From: Scyliorhinus canicula
Taxonomy: Eukaryota
Direction of reading: 5' to 3'
Length of the DNA stretch: 64,000 nt
Assembly: GCF_902713615.1 (NCBI RefSeq)
Contig: NC_052167.1
Location: 5,521,203 to 5,585,202 of the forward strand
This document shows, one piece after another, positions 12,450 through 25,647 of this stretch (position 1 is the first letter of the stretch; every line of letters starts with the position of its first letter). A program made the position numbers and the translations under genes. Below the pieces are notes generated by a model. That model saw only the letters and a list, made by a program, of their open reading frames with translations, made no database searches and had not been told where the DNA came from.

Positions 12450-13100
12450 TTGATTAGACTTGATTTATTATTGTCACATGTATGAGTATACAGTGAAAAG
12501 TATTGTTTCTTGCATACTGTACAACGCATACCGTACATAGGGAAGGAAGGAGAGACTACGGAATATAATGTTACAGTTATAGCTAGGGTGTAGAGAAAAG
12601 ATCAACTTAATACGAGGTAGGTCCATTCAAAGGTCTGATGGGAAGAAGCTGTTCTTGAGTCGGTTGGTACGTGACCTCAAACTTTGGTATCTTTTTCCTG
12701 ATGGAAGAAGGTGGAAGAGATTATGTCCGGGGTATGTGGGGTCCTTAATTATGCTGGCTGCCTTTCTGAGGCAGCGGGAATTATAGACAGAGTCAATGGA
12801 TGGGAGGCTGGTTTGCGTGATGGACTGGGCTGCATTCACGACCTTTTGCGGTCTTGGGCAGAGCAGGATCCATACGAAGCTGTGATACAACCAGAAAGAA
12901 TGCTTTCTATGGTGCATCTGTAAACGTTGGTGAGAGTCGTAGCTGACATGCCAAATTTCCTTAGTCTTCTGAGAAAGTAGAGTCGTTGGTGGGCTTTCTT
13001 AGCTATAGTGTCGGCATGGGGTGGACCAGGACAGATTGTTGGTGATTTGGACACCTAAAAACCTGAAGCTCTCGACCCTTTCTACTTCGTTCCCATTGAT
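12450..13100 (-). mobile_element. Rex1/Babar LINE 3' fragment
   Basis: KKAHQRLYFLRRLRKFGMS..YRCTIESILSGCITA and HLLPSGKRYQSLRSRTNRLKNSFFP (DUF1891-type RT C-terminus), frameshifted. Confidence 0.88.
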
Positions 13101-13255
13101 GCTATCAATTCTCCCCTTAACATTCTCTGCTCCAATGGGAATGGAGCAATTTCTCCAATCTCACCACATGTCTGAGGTCCCCCCATCTCGTAAATCTGCT
13201 CTGTACCCTCTCTCAGGTTTGTATATCCTACCAAAAAATGATGTGTCTAGAATGT

Positions 13256-13611
13256 CTGGAATTCTGCAGCCAATGGGATTACTTTTCCCCCCTGGCAGCA
13301 CACCCACATCCGCGGGTTTCCCGGCCAGGTGGGTGGCCTCAATGGGAAATCCCATTGACAAGTGACCGTGAAAAGAAAATCCCCCCGCCAGCAAACGGCT
13401 CGCCGCCGAGAAATATCTGGCTGGAGGAACCGGAGAATACGGTCCAATAGGTGGAATTCTCCAACCTTTGCCACTGGCAGGATCTTCCAGCGGCGCGGGC
13501 GAAGAATGTTATTCACCATTGATTTCAGCAAGGCCAGGAGATCTCAACGGCGACTGATAGCGAGTGGCCTCCCCTGCGGAATGGGGGGGTGTGGGTTGGC
13601 GAATCCCGCCC
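13256..13611. mobile_element. Two adjacent short Harbinger-like MITEs (family C)
   Basis: Termini ggaattct...ggagaatacggtcc and ggtggaattctcc...gaatcccgccc; internal caatgggaaatcccattg palindrome shared with 40062 and 40945 copies. Confidence 0.55.
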
Positions 13612-14371
13612 AATATTCCAATGGTCGTACCCTATGCCTCTATATTGCCAAGGACCACAAATGCAAGGATCTCAAATTCTCCTGCAAACGTGAGAGATTT
13701 GTGTGCATCCGCCCTCCAGCCTCGTGGCTCCTGCGTGAGTTTACCATTTAGTTCAAATTGCAACTCCTCATCCTTGGTACCAAACAGCATTACTTCACAC
13801 TGAGTTACTTTCACCAGTCTGCCTCTACCCTCCTGGGCTCACCAGCCGTCCTGCTCATTGTTTACATCTGCGGGGACCTATTCCTGGCAATAGGCCCAGG
13901 GGAATTATAATCAAGATTCAGAATAGAAACTGTTCATTTTCCGGGAGCTCCAGTCTGATTTCCAGTCCCTGTCTGGGTAAACTGCCTCAAAAAAACATTT
14001 ACTTAATCTTATCTGTTCAACCAAGTCGTTTCAACAAATCAAAAGCTGCCATTTTGGAATCCGATCGCCAAGCACCTTTCCCATCTTGCCAATGGTAGAA
14101 TTCACAGGAAGCCAAATACTGAACAGAAAATTATTCTTCAACATTTTTTTGTTGTTTAAACAAATGTGTGTTTCCGTTGCTTGACAATCCTGAAGTAACT
14201 TTTTAAAAACTGAATTGAACATAAATGTGCGAAGGAAAAGAAATGGAGAAAGTACAACTAGGGAAAGTGGGACCACTTGGATTCCTCTTTCGAAGAGCTA
14301 GTAGAAACACAATAGGCCGAACGGCCTCTGCTGTGCTATTATATTCTGTGATAAATGTAAGCATTCGTTTT

Positions 14372-14593
14372 AAAAATAATTTGGACTACCCAATTCTTTA
14401 TTTTCCAGTTTAGGGGCAATTTAGCGTGGCCAATCCACCTAACCAGCACATCTTTGTGTTGTGGGGGGTGAGATCCACACAGACACGGGGAGAATGTGCA
14501 AACTCCACACGGACAGTGACCCGGGGCCGGGATCAAACCCGGGTCCTTGACGCTGAGGGGCAGCAGTGCTAACCACTGCGCCACCGTGCCGCC
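14372..14593 (-). mobile_element. Short V-SINE variant
   Basis: Matches 1559-1783. Confidence 0.85.
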
Positions 14594-15019
14594 TCGAAAA
14601 GTAAGCATTCCAAAGATTCCTTCCACAAAAAGGTGTTTCATTCAGCATCGTTAACATTTAAAAAACATACATTTTATATAACAAATAAATTAGAGATCCT
14701 GATGGTTTTACAATGTGCAGTCTGTGCTAAATCAATAAATTAGTATGGCCCCGGGTCCTTACCAATTGACACTGTGGTAGCGACTAGAAGCCAGGAAATT
14801 ATGCTTGTCTTCAGCATCTCCATGGCCGCAGAGGAAAGTAAATTTTAGTTCTCGATGGGTGGTCACTCTGACGTTATGGCGCCCTCATTAATGTTTGCTA
14901 TGTCAGTCATTGTGACTTCAGAGGACCGCTGCCATTCTGCTGTCAGGGATCTCTGACGCCTGGGGTCCGCCCAGTTCCCAGCGATCACTCTCCTTCCCTG
15001 TCAGGTCAAGACCACTCCC

Positions 15020-16281
15020 CCAGTTCCGGGGTATTGGCAGGGGCAGGCACGGCACACCAGTCAGCAGCTGCTGCAGTAGCCCCCCCCCCCCTTCCCCCCC
15101 CCCGGTGATTCTCCAGCCCGCGACGGGCTGAGTGGCCGCCCGTTTTCGGCGGGTCCCGCCAGCGTAAATCACAACAGGTCCTTACTGGCGGGACCTGGCT
15201 CCACGGGCGGCCTGCAGAGTCCTCGGGGGGGGGGGGGGGGGGCGCGAGGGGATCTGGCCCCGGGTGGTGCCCCCACAGTGGCCTGGCCCGCGATCGAGGC
15301 CCACCGATCCACGGGCGAGCGTGTGCCGTGGGGGACACTCTTTCCCTCCGCACCGGCCGCTGTCAACCTCCGTCTGGCCGGTGCAGTGAAGAACCCCCCT
15401 GCGCATGCGCTGGTGTGGTATTGTGCGAAGCAAATAATGGCATGATGGGAAAACTAGTCAAGTCTTCTTGGTACAATTGAATTTAAACTGATTTCACATA
15501 ACCTAAGGCACAGATACAAATACACAGATACAAACAGCCGAGGTCAACTTGACCTGAGAACTGGCTGACTCTAAAACTCAGATAAGACGCGTTCGTCATG
15601 AGACCAGAGCAGTCTAAATACATACGATAAGCTAAAAGACTGTCTCTTCCTGTACTTAAACAATTTGTCCATCTCTCAAAACAAAGACAAGATAATGATA
15701 TGAGACCCCAGTCCCCTAAAGGTCAGCAAGGTGATGCCATTGTAATGATTATTACTTATGTTTTACTTTTGATCAAATTCCTGACCAAGCTGTATTCATG
15801 TTATCTTGATCCTATACTGTATAAAAATCGTCTTATTCTTCTGTAATATCGCAGACTTGGGACGGACGCAGCAGTTTGTACTGACTGCCTTCCGACTTCA
15901 AGTCACAGCCATACTGCTAGCAGTCAGTTCTAATTCGTAAATAAAGTTCAGTTTTGCTTACCTAATGAATCATGTTTGCATTTTTCTATCACAGTACAGA
16001 AGCGGGGAAAATATTAACTACGACACTGGGATGACACCAGCACACGCTGGCGCTCCTGCGCATGCGCAAACTCGCGCCGGCCGGCGAAGGCCCTTCGGCA
16101 CCGGTTGGCACGACGACAAGCCCTTCCGTGCTGGCTGGCGTGGTACCAAACACTCCGGCGCCGGCCTAGCCCCTGAAGGTGCTGAGGATTCCGCACTTTG
16201 GGGCGGCCCGATGCCAGAGTGGTTCACGCCTCTCCTCAGCGCCGGAGTGGCCCACCCCGCCAGGTGGCGTGAATCCAACCC
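15020..16281. mobile_element. Harbinger-type MITE family A, split by a solo LTR
   Basis: 15020-15413 and 16026-16281 join to match the 54490-55227 copy; left end uncertain. Confidence 0.75.
15414..16025 (+). mobile_element. Solo LTR (612 bp)
   Basis: tgtggta...tacgaca termini, 4-bp TSD ctgg (15410-13, 16026-29), TATA-like tataaaa ~15820, aataaa ~15940. Confidence 0.88.
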
Positions 16282-17454
16282 GGTAGCTATGAAGCTATTA
16301 TTGAAAGCCCAACTGGTTCACTTTGGGGAAGGAAATCTGCCAGCCACACCTGGTCTGGACTACATTAGGCTCCAGTCCCACAGCAACGTGGTTGATCCTT
16401 AAATTACCTCAGTTCAATTGAGGGTGGGCAACAAATGCTGGCCTTACCAGAAGCACCTACGGCCCATGAAAGAATGTTTTTGAAAAATCACTATGTAGTT
16501 CCATGGGTTGGAGCGACACTCTTTTAGGGCGAAGCACATTGAAGCAACTGGACCTTGAAAGCTAGGGCACATCAATCAGTCCCAGCCTCCATTTAAAATG
16601 GAAAGGTGCAGGGCTAGAACTTCCTCTCGGGCAGCAGCCGGCGGTGAGGGACTAATTGGATTCCCTATTTTCAAGTAGCTGGCCCAAGCACGAGGGGCCG
16701 AATGGAGCTGGAAGAGAGCGCAAGAGAACTTGCGGCTGCCTGGGGGAAACCTTGACTGCCAGTTGGGGACACTGAGAAGGCAGATGGATCCCCAGCACCG
16801 GATTCCATCTATCTTGTACACGACACTATTTATTTGACATTGCTTCATTCTATCTCGACATTATTTATCGCTCTCTTTACAATGTCACTGTCCTTGAAAT
16901 TTACTATTTTTTTGTGTGCAGTGTTTAACCCAAGGCTTCGTACTTTAAGTGTATTTTATTGGATGCATGTTCCGACAGCCGTCTGTGCCATTTTTCAGCC
17001 ATTGAATTCTTAATTTCCCACAAGGTTTACTACATTATTAGATTCAACACTTGGTCCGACCCTTTTGAGAGAGGGATTTAGGATCTGTGTCCCAGAGTTA
17101 TTACACTGCGCACAGCAGAATTTCTACACATTACTGGGTAAATGTGACATTGCTACTCGGGCAACTAATTCAGGCTCAATATCAGCAAGGAGTTGGCAAT
17201 ACAGCAGACGATTCAGCTGCACAGTGTCCATTTCTCGGATGCTATCTGTTACCTTCTGGTGCTTGGACGGCAGGAATGATGCACAATAGAGGGTCTAGTT
17301 CTTGACGAGTTAAAATGTTTTATTATCAAATAAATGCATGATTCAGATATCTGTGAGAAATATATTACAAACTACTAATTATGATAAATTATCCTCGAGC
17401 TACTGCAAGTATGACTGTCCACAACACGACTATCTCCGGACTCCTCGAGGTCAG

Positions 17455-17592
17455 AGTCACGTGGCAGATTTACACTGCCACCTGCTGGTTGGAGGTCATT
17501 TATATCACTATTTACATGAGTGCTTATGCATATAATCATACTAACCAGTCTCCTCCGGCTCCCATATGGCAAGCCGGAAGTGGGCTTCCGGC
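17455..17592. promoter_or_regulatory. Candidate regulatory cluster: E-box, CTCF motif, paired inverted ETS sites
   Basis: cacgtg 17458-63; ccagcaggtggcag on minus 17475-88; gccggaag-tggg-cttccggc 17573-92. Motif match only. Confidence 0.35.
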
Positions 17593-17679
17593 GAGCCGAA
17601 CATTACTCAACTTCAGGCTGTCTCCTGCAGGCTGACCAAACTTCAAAGAAATTGGTTCAGTATCACAAAGAATAAAAAG

Positions 17680-17970
17680 TAAGTCTTGCATTTGTACAGC
17701 GCCTTTCATGATCTCACGGCATTCCAAACCGCCTTACGGCCAATCAATGGTTTTGGAAGCAGAGCTCTTCTGGAGTGGAGTCACTGTTGTAACACAGGAG
17801 ACGCGGCACCCAATTGGTGCACAGCAAGCTCCCACAAGCACCATGGGGTAATGACCAGATATTCTGCTCCTATGACGTTGGGTGAGGGACATATATTGGT
17901 TGGGACACTAGGGAGAACTCTCCTGAAGGATTTTGCCATGGGATCCTCCCCATCTATCTGGGAGAACAGA
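17680..17970 (-). mobile_element. Deu-domain SINE (SacSINE1/AmnSINE1-like)
   Basis: Reverse complement of gtgggagcttgctgtgca..aattgg..acaacagtgac Deu core. Confidence 0.7.
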
Positions 17971-19279
17971 CTGTGTCCCGGCATAAATGATGAAGTCTCC
18001 TTTAACATTCTGTGATATGCTGGGTGGATATTCCTTCTTGCTGGTTACATTAATTTGTGAATCCGCTCAGCAAGAGGTCAGTGCCATCATCAGGGAAAAA
18101 AACGGGCTATTGAGTCAGTGTGATTAAATAAAATAACAATGGATACACTGATATTAACATATGACATATCTGCACTTGATAAATGTTGTTAGCAGACTTC
18201 ACTGACTGAGTCGCTGATATATATATATGTTTTATATATGTATATATATAAATTAACTTTCCATCAATGATGATTAATTTCAAACTGTGCATGTGGAAAA
18301 CAATTAATGAGGGAGATCCACCTTTGTAAACTATTATGAAATGGGAATGCCGATTTTTAATTCTCTCTTCAAACCACCCGATTTTGGAAATCTGTCATTC
18401 GCTCTCGCCAAAACACCTGCTGAGGTGGGAACCAGTTGAAAATTCCAAATGAGAGATTGTTTAGATTTCTATTGGGCAGGAATTTTAGGAGAAAGGGAAC
18501 CAAGACCGCCAAGGTATAAAATAGCCACAAGCTAATTGAGAGGCAGGACGGGGGCGAGGGGCTGAATGGCCTCCGACATAGCAAGGGTGAGACAAAAGAT
18601 TATTTTCCAGGGCATGTTGAGATGTTTGATGTTGTATATTCGATACGGGGATGGGGAGGACGATGTTGATGCTGTAACAAGATGCAAAGTTGGAAAATCG
18701 CAAAGAGAGAGACCAGATGATTGTGAAAAGGTTCCCAGTTTACAGTCACCCTGTCTCCTTTTCCATTGCCTTGTAAAAGGGGAGTGGGGAGTAAGGGGGG
18801 TGTGGGAGGAGGAGGGTGATTCATCATTACCCAAGGCAAATTTATAGCCCCAGAGAACTTAATAAATCTAGCCACCCAGTTCTTCCCAAATGAAGAAGGG
18901 TTTGAGGTGGGAGGGAGCGCAAACCGAGGTGCAAAAGGGCACTTTTAGAAAGCAAGCCAAAGGATAGGGCCAATGAAAATAAAAAGCATGGTCCTTTAAA
19001 TCTTGAAATGGTTTGATAGGTTCAACAAGGGGAAGGTATTTGCAGTTGTGGACAAGACCCGAACTAGGAGCCATCAATAGAAGATAGTCACAAACAGAGA
19101 ATTCAAGGTGAAATCTATTTGCCCAGAGAGTGATGAGAGTGTGAAACTCTCCATTGTAGGGAGGGGTTCAGCTGAATATTTAATATGGTGATGGAGAGAA
19201 GGATGTCAAATGTATGACAGGATGCAGCAGCAGAGTGACATCTGAGGGAAATCTGGATAAACACAAGGGGAAAGGAATA

Positions 19280-19607
19280 GAATCAAAGAATCATAGAATT
19301 TACAGTGCAGAACAGGCCATTCGGCCCATCGAGTCTGCACCGGCCCTTGGAAAGAGAACCCTACTTAAGCCCACACCTCCACCCTATCCCCGCAACCCAG
19401 TAATCCCACCTAACCTTTTTGGACACTCAGGGCAATTTAGCATGGCCAATCCACCTAACCTGCATGTCTTTGGACAGTGGGAGGAAACCCACGCAGACAC
19501 GGGGAGAACGTGCAGACTCCGTACAGACAGTGACCCAGCGGGGAATCGAACCTGGGACCCTGGCACTGTGAAGCTACTGTGCTAATCACTGTGCTACAAT
19601 GCCACCC
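19280..19607 (-). mobile_element. HE1-type V-SINE
   Basis: Head, core and CR1-type tail on minus strand. Confidence 0.88.
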
Positions 19608-19999
19608 ATTATGGTGTTAGGATGAGATGAAGCTGGTGGAGGAGGGGGTGCGTGGAGGGGGTATGGGGAGCAGCTTCATGTCGAGCTTGGACTAGTCGGG
19701 CCAGACAGCGTGATTCTGCACTGCAAACTCTACATACTGGGTTATATAAGAATAACAATTGTGATTAATGAGATTGAGAAAATGTATTTCCTTGCCAGGT
19801 TAAACTGCTGATTAATTTGTATTCATGGCCTGAAGGCTCTTTGCTAAGTTCCTTATCTTAAATTGGTTTTACTGACAATTAGGGCAAAGTGGTTCACATA
19901 TTAAAAAGGTCAGACCTGGACCACAGGGAAGAGTGTGATGGGCAATATGCCTCCCTGTCCTCATAGGTCAGAGATGAGGTAAACTAAATAAAGCAAGAC

Positions 20000-20720
20000 A
20001 AGCATTTGAATATCACCTTTTACAACCTCTGAATGACCCAAAATGCTTGACAGCCAATGAAATGCTGACGAAGTGTAGCCACTGTTGTAATACAGGAAAT
20101 GTGACAGCCTACATACGCACAGCAAGCTCCCACAAACAGCAATCTGCTAATGATCAAGATCATCTGTTTTTGTGATGTTGATTGAGGGATAAATATTGAA
20201 ACATAGAATTCCTACAGTGCAGAAGGAGGCCATTCAGCCCATCGAGTCTGCACCGACTCTCTGAAAGAGCACCCTACCTAGGCCCACTCCCCTGCCCTAT
20301 CTCATAACCCCAAAAACTCACAGCCCCACATCTTTGGCAACCAAAGGACAATTTATCATGGCCAATCCACCTAATCTGCACATTTGGACTGTGGGAGGAA
20401 ACCGGAGCACCCGGAGGAAACCCACGCAGACACGGGGAGAACGTGCAGACTCCGCACAGACAGTGACTCAAGGCTGAAATTGGGACCCTGGCACTGTGAG
20501 GGCAGGCATGAATAATTCCCATGCCCTTCTTCAAAATGGTGCCATGGGTACTTTTACATGCACCTGAGAGGGCAGGTGGAGCCTTGGTTTGATGTCTCAT
20601 CCAGAAGTCAGTGCCTCTGGCAGTGCGGATCTCCTCCAAGTACAGTCCCAGAGTGTCAATGAGAGAGAGAGAGGCATGAACCCCCAACCTTCAATCGACC
20701 TCACCCACGGCTGACACTAT
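20000..20720 (-). mobile_element. Deu-domain SINE interrupted by an HE1 SINE (~20200-20500)
   Basis: Deu core at 20040-20200, remainder 20505-20720; V-SINE between. Confidence 0.7.
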
Positions 20721-20979
20721 CTCCTGAACCCCCCCGAGGGACTCTGTGGGGGATCCAGTTTTGTGGCCTATATTGGATGTGCTCCATAGAGGAGAAATCC
20801 TCTTGGTAACTGTTGTCACTGCACACAATGGCCTGTGAATACTTCAGCCCCACCATTAATTGACTAAACAGCCCTGACAATTTGTATTTTTATGTGCAAG
20901 ATTCCAATAAAACAGCACTTAATTTTCCGTCAAGTCCAATTTTAATTCATTAGAAATTCAATTTTCACACTTTTTTAGG

Positions 20980-21430
20980 AAGGCTGTCAAGGCCTTGGAG
21001 GGAGCGCAATGGCGATTTATTCGACTGGTTGAGAGCGGAGAAGCTGAGGTGGTTCAACCTGGAGGAGAGACAGTGAAGAGGAGATTTAGTCGAAGCATTC
21101 AAAATATGAGGCATTTTGACAGAGTGGATAATGAAAGACTGATTCCGTTGACAGGAGGGTCAATAACCAGAGGACACAGAATTAAGATAATTGTCATAAT
21201 AAAACAGGGGAGAAGGTGAGGAGAATATTTTTACGTAGTAAGTTGCTTCGGTCAGGAATGCCTGAAAGGATAGAGGAAGCAGACGCAATAGTAACTTTAA
21301 TTGGAGATAGACTTAAAAAGCACAATTTGCAGGGTGATGGGGAACGAGCTGGGAGGAGTGGGTTAAATTGGGTAGAGCTTTCAAAAAGCCGGCACAGGCT
21401 CGATGGGCTGAACTGCCTGACTCTGTGCTC
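20980..21430 (+). mobile_element. Old CR1 LINE 3' fragment
   Basis: Degenerate LEGAQWRFIRL..GGSITRGHRIKI; tail ctcgatgggctgaactgcct. Confidence 0.7.
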
Positions 21431-21557
21431 TTGGAGTCAGCAATCAGTCTTGTTTTCCTTAGTGTGACATCTTACCCCATCTACATTCCTCTTGATTGAG
21501 GATCCAGTCTCTTAAGAAGTTGAGATGGAAAGCAGCAGAGTTGATGAGTGAGCATTA

Positions 21558-21730
21558 TGAAAATCGTTTATTGTCACGAGTAGGCTTCAATGAAGTTACT
21601 GTGAAAAGCCCCTAGTCGCCACATTCCGGCACCTGTTCGGGGAGGCTGGTACGGGAATCGAACCGTGCTGCTGGCCTGCTTAGTCTGCTTTAAAAGCCAG
21701 CGATTTAGCCGAGTGAGCTAAACCAGCCCA
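21558..21730 (-). mobile_element. Short tRNA-derived SINE
   Basis: Reverse complement of 5455-5650. Confidence 0.85.
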
Positions 21731-22307
21731 GATTATCTGACCTACCTCATGTTGGCTGTCCTGTCAAAACTTCTAGCTGAGCCGGCACAGTTCTAGTCCA
21801 AATGGACTGTTTTCCTGACGGAGGTTAGCTTGGGTGAACAAGGTATGTGGCCCCTACCTTTCCAGCCTGTGTCGCTTAGCTTCGGTAATCGGGGAATGAA
21901 TGCATTCAATGACGAAAGGAGCCGGCAGAGTTTATCAAGACAACAGAGCAACACAGGCTGAAAACTAAGATATATTAGGCGGTGTAAGGTATTTATCATG
22001 AATTATTTGATGATGGAACGCAGAGGCAGCAGCCTGGTGTTTCCCTGCTGCCACAAAGGGAAGAAACCAACGTGCTGTACAACATTTGCATTCAAATAGG
22101 ACTACACCGTATTCAGATTTCAAGGTCAGCAGCAGAGACACACAGCAAGTTAGATGTACAAACTGGCCCTTTCAATTGCAGAGGTCACTGGTACATTTTG
22201 CACAAAGGGGAAATGTTGAATCCCCACAATGCGGAAAGTGTAGCGATGACTCATTCTGCTTCAGACATTTGCCCCCAGGCAACAAACATCCAGGGCTCCA
22301 CAGATAA

Positions 22308-22495
22308 GAGCAAATTACTGCGGATGCTGGAATCTGAAACCAAAACAGAAAATGCTGGACAATCTCAGCAGATCTGACAGCCTCTGTGGGGAGAGACAGA
22401 GCTGCTCCGAGTCTGGATGACTCTTTGTTACAACCCAGCTTTGACAGATGCTGTCAGACCTGCTGCGATTGCCTGGTATTTTATGTTTTTGATCC
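22308..22495. mobile_element. Penelope terminal fragments in inverted arrangement
   Basis: ctcagcagatctgacagc...gctgtcagacctgctgcg inverted copies of the PLE terminus seen at 8900-8980. Confidence 0.65.
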
Positions 22496-22669
22496 ACGAT
22501 TCCATGTTTGCTTCATTCTTTCCAATATGTATCGTCGACACAGAATCTTCGCGGAGCGGCAGGCAAACCCAATACCTTCCCAACGACAGGTTGGAGAAGC
22601 CTTTCCCAGAATCACAAGCTACTCCTCTCGGGTTCGATGTTTCCTGATTTAAAAAAATATAATAAGCTT

Positions 22670-23351
22670 CCTTATTATCACAAACAGGCTTACATTAACA
22701 CTGAATGAAGTTACTGTGGAAATCCCCTAGTTGCCACATTCCGGCGCCTGTTCGGGAATGCAGAGGAAGAATTCAGAATGTCCAATTTACCTAACACTCA
22801 CGTCTTTCGGGACTTGTGGGAGGAAACCGGAGCACCCGGAGGAAGCCCACACAGACACGGGAAGAACGGGGCAGCATGGTAGCATAGTGGTTAGCACGGT
22901 AGCATAGTGGTTAGCACAATTGCTTCACAGCTCCAGGGTCCCAGGTTTGATTCCCGGCTTGGGTCACTGTCTGTGCGGAGTCTGCACATTCTCCCCGTGT
23001 CTGCGTGGGTTTCCTCCGGGTGCTCCGGTTTCCTCCCACAGTCCAAAGATGTGCAGGCTAGGTGGATTGGCCATGCTAAATTGCCCCTTAGTGTCCAAAA
23101 TTGCCCTTCGTGTTGGGTGGGGTTACTGGGTTATGGGGATAGGGTGGAGGTGTTGACCTTGGGTAGGGTGCTCTTTCCAAGAGCCGGTGCAGACTCGATG
23201 GGCCGAATGGCCTCCATCTGCACTGTAAATTCTATGATAATATTGTACGAACGTGCAGATTCCACACAGACAGTGACTCGAGCCGGGGATCGAACCTGGG
23301 TCCCTGGCACCGTGACGTAACAGTGCTAACCACTGGGCTACCATGCCGCCC
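22670..23351 (-). mobile_element. V-SINE (minus) hosting a full HE1 SINE (plus, 22869-23248)
   Basis: Host halves rejoin at gaacg TSD (22864-68, 23249-53). Confidence 0.85.
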
Positions 23352-24335
23352 ACAATGAAGCATCAATCGATTTCCGAATCTAGTGAAACTAGGGAATGAG
23401 CTGAACAGTGTTTCCATTCCCCCGCAGCTTCTGTCCCCCTTGTTTTGGGGCCGGGGGTCAAGGTGTGAATTTCCTGCACTAACACAGTCACTGAATCGGT
23501 TCAGGTACGCCGCCAGTTTTGCTGTCGTGGAAATCCACGAATCCTGCCCCAGCATCTCAGAACAGAGAATCCCGCCCAATAGCTTTTCAAACGGCTTCAA
23601 TGTTATTAGTTGGACTAATTTATATTTATTTACTATTCAAGAGTTTTTATTTATAAATTTAGAGTACCCAATTCACTTTCTTAAAAAAACATTGCCGAGG
23701 GGACAACTTCCATGGTGACAAAAGGCCAAAGACCATTCCACAGTGGCCGGAATTCGGAATTGGCTAGCAAGTATCTCCCTCCTCAGGCTTCACTTCCTGG
23801 AGTCCACATTTCTCTGTAGTCAGAGAGTTGGTAAGAGTGACCATAATTTCATAGTTCAGATGTATGTCTGCTTCCTAACTGCTGAGATCCTGAAGCCAAG
23901 CAACACAGTGGACAAAGCTCCCGATCATTTCCATTCACAGCACTGGTCAACACCTTCCACCTTCCAGGGAGCAGAAAGTTGGTTCAACTGACCACACGTT
24001 TACAGTACAAAGCATGGACTCAACCCCCACACTGTCCCCCACGGCCTTTAATTTCTCCTGCATCCAAAAATCTATCAATCCGCGACTTGAATATATTAAC
24101 GATGAAGAATCCGCAACTCCCTGGGAGTCGAGGATTCCAAAGATTTGTGATGTTTTGAGTGAAGTAAGTTCTCCCCATCTCAGCCATAAATGAACCCCCC
24201 CCCCCCCCCGCCCCCGCCCCCACCCACCCCCAGTCAGAGGAAACATTTTCTCAGCATCTACCCTCGTCAAGTCACTGAAGAATTTTATACATTTCAATGA
24301 GGTCAGCTCTCAGCTGTCTCTATTCCAGAACAATA

Positions 24336-24503
24336 TGAAATGAAAATCGCTTATTGTCACGAGTAGGCTTCAATGAAGTTACTGTGAAAAGCCCCTAGTC
24401 GCCACATTCCGGCACCTGTCCGGGGAGGCTGGTACGGGAATCGAACCGTGCTGCTGGCCTGCTTTAAAAGCCAGCGATTTAGCTGTGAGCTAAACCAGCC
24501 CCT
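24336..24503 (-). mobile_element. Short tRNA-derived SINE
   Basis: Reverse complement of 5455-5650. Confidence 0.85.
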
Positions 24504-25427
24504 ATGGGTCCTGTCACTCGATCTGCCGCTCATCCCCAGGAGCTAGACAAGGGAATGTTCATATAAAGGAAGGGAAAGTGTGCTTACAGTCAGCGAGGAG
24601 GCCTGATTGCCTTGAATAAGGAGGCAGCCATATTACACACTCGATGATTGATGAAATAATCGATGAAGTGTGTGATTGGTTGAGTAGTGTCATCTTGGCG
24701 GACTCCATTTTGATGATCACTCTGGCTTGAAGGATAGAAGTTGTTTTAAATTTTACGATAAGGTCATTTTGAAGCACCAGGAAAAGATGCAGGACAGGTT
24801 CCCAATTCTTTTTGTATCTTTGGTTTTCATATTCATTTCATTACTTAGCTGTCTTTAACCCTGTCCTTCCTCCCCCTGAGTAGGACATGTGGCGTCTTCA
24901 TACCTTAAGGCATTAAAGAACAAAATTACTTGCAATTACATACAGCACCTTATCACATCTTTCAGAAGCCACTTCAGCCGGAATGAACACGTATTAAATT
25001 GTGCGGTTACAGTTCCTACGTGGGTTGGCGCATTGTTTATAACAAAGTCACACAATGGGTGAGGAGAATGGCTTTCTATATTTAGAAATACTGTTTCCCA
25101 GTTTGTGCAATAGCCTTTAATAGGACCAAATAAAAAATCTTAACAAAAATAACTGAAACTGGAGTTTGTTATTATTCATGAAGAGCGGAGACAGGCATAG
25201 CAAGTGCTTTCGCAATGATAAGAAAATCTCCTTTCCTTGTAGGAACTGTTTCAAACCATCTGCCCCAATTTCCCCTCACAGGTCGACTGCCAGCCGTTGG
25301 TTTGTTAATGCTCCTGTGAAGTGCCCTGGAAGGTTTTACCTAGCCGCTATATAATGTAAGTTGGGGTAGTAGCGTCATATAATGGTGTGATTAACTCCAT
25401 TCAGGTGTGCAGCTTTTTGGTAGGTAT

Positions 25428-25647
25428 TCTTTTTTAAATTTAAAGTACCAAATTCATTTTGTTCCCAATTAAAGCGCAATTTAGCCCGGCCAATCCACCT
25501 ACCCTGCACATCTTTGGGTTGCGGGGGTGAGATCCACGCAGACTCGGGGAGAATGTGCAAACTCCACACGGACAGTGACCCGGGACTGGGATCGAACCCG
25601 GATCCTTGGCGGCGTGACACCGCAGTGCTAACCACTGCGCCACCGTG
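25428..25647 (-). mobile_element. Short V-SINE variant
   Basis: Matches 1559-1783. Confidence 0.85.

Noticed and set aside
17123-17290. Minus-strand open stretch TLYCASFLPSKHQKVTDSIREMDTVQLNRLLYCQLLADIEPELVARVAMSHLPSNV*
   Set aside because: Looks protein-like but the acceptor is weak, no homology was recognised and the length is compatible with chance; a tBLASTn would settle it
24588-24721. Minus-strand segment with AG acceptor and gtaagc donor, one open frame
   Set aside because: No recognisable product or partner exons
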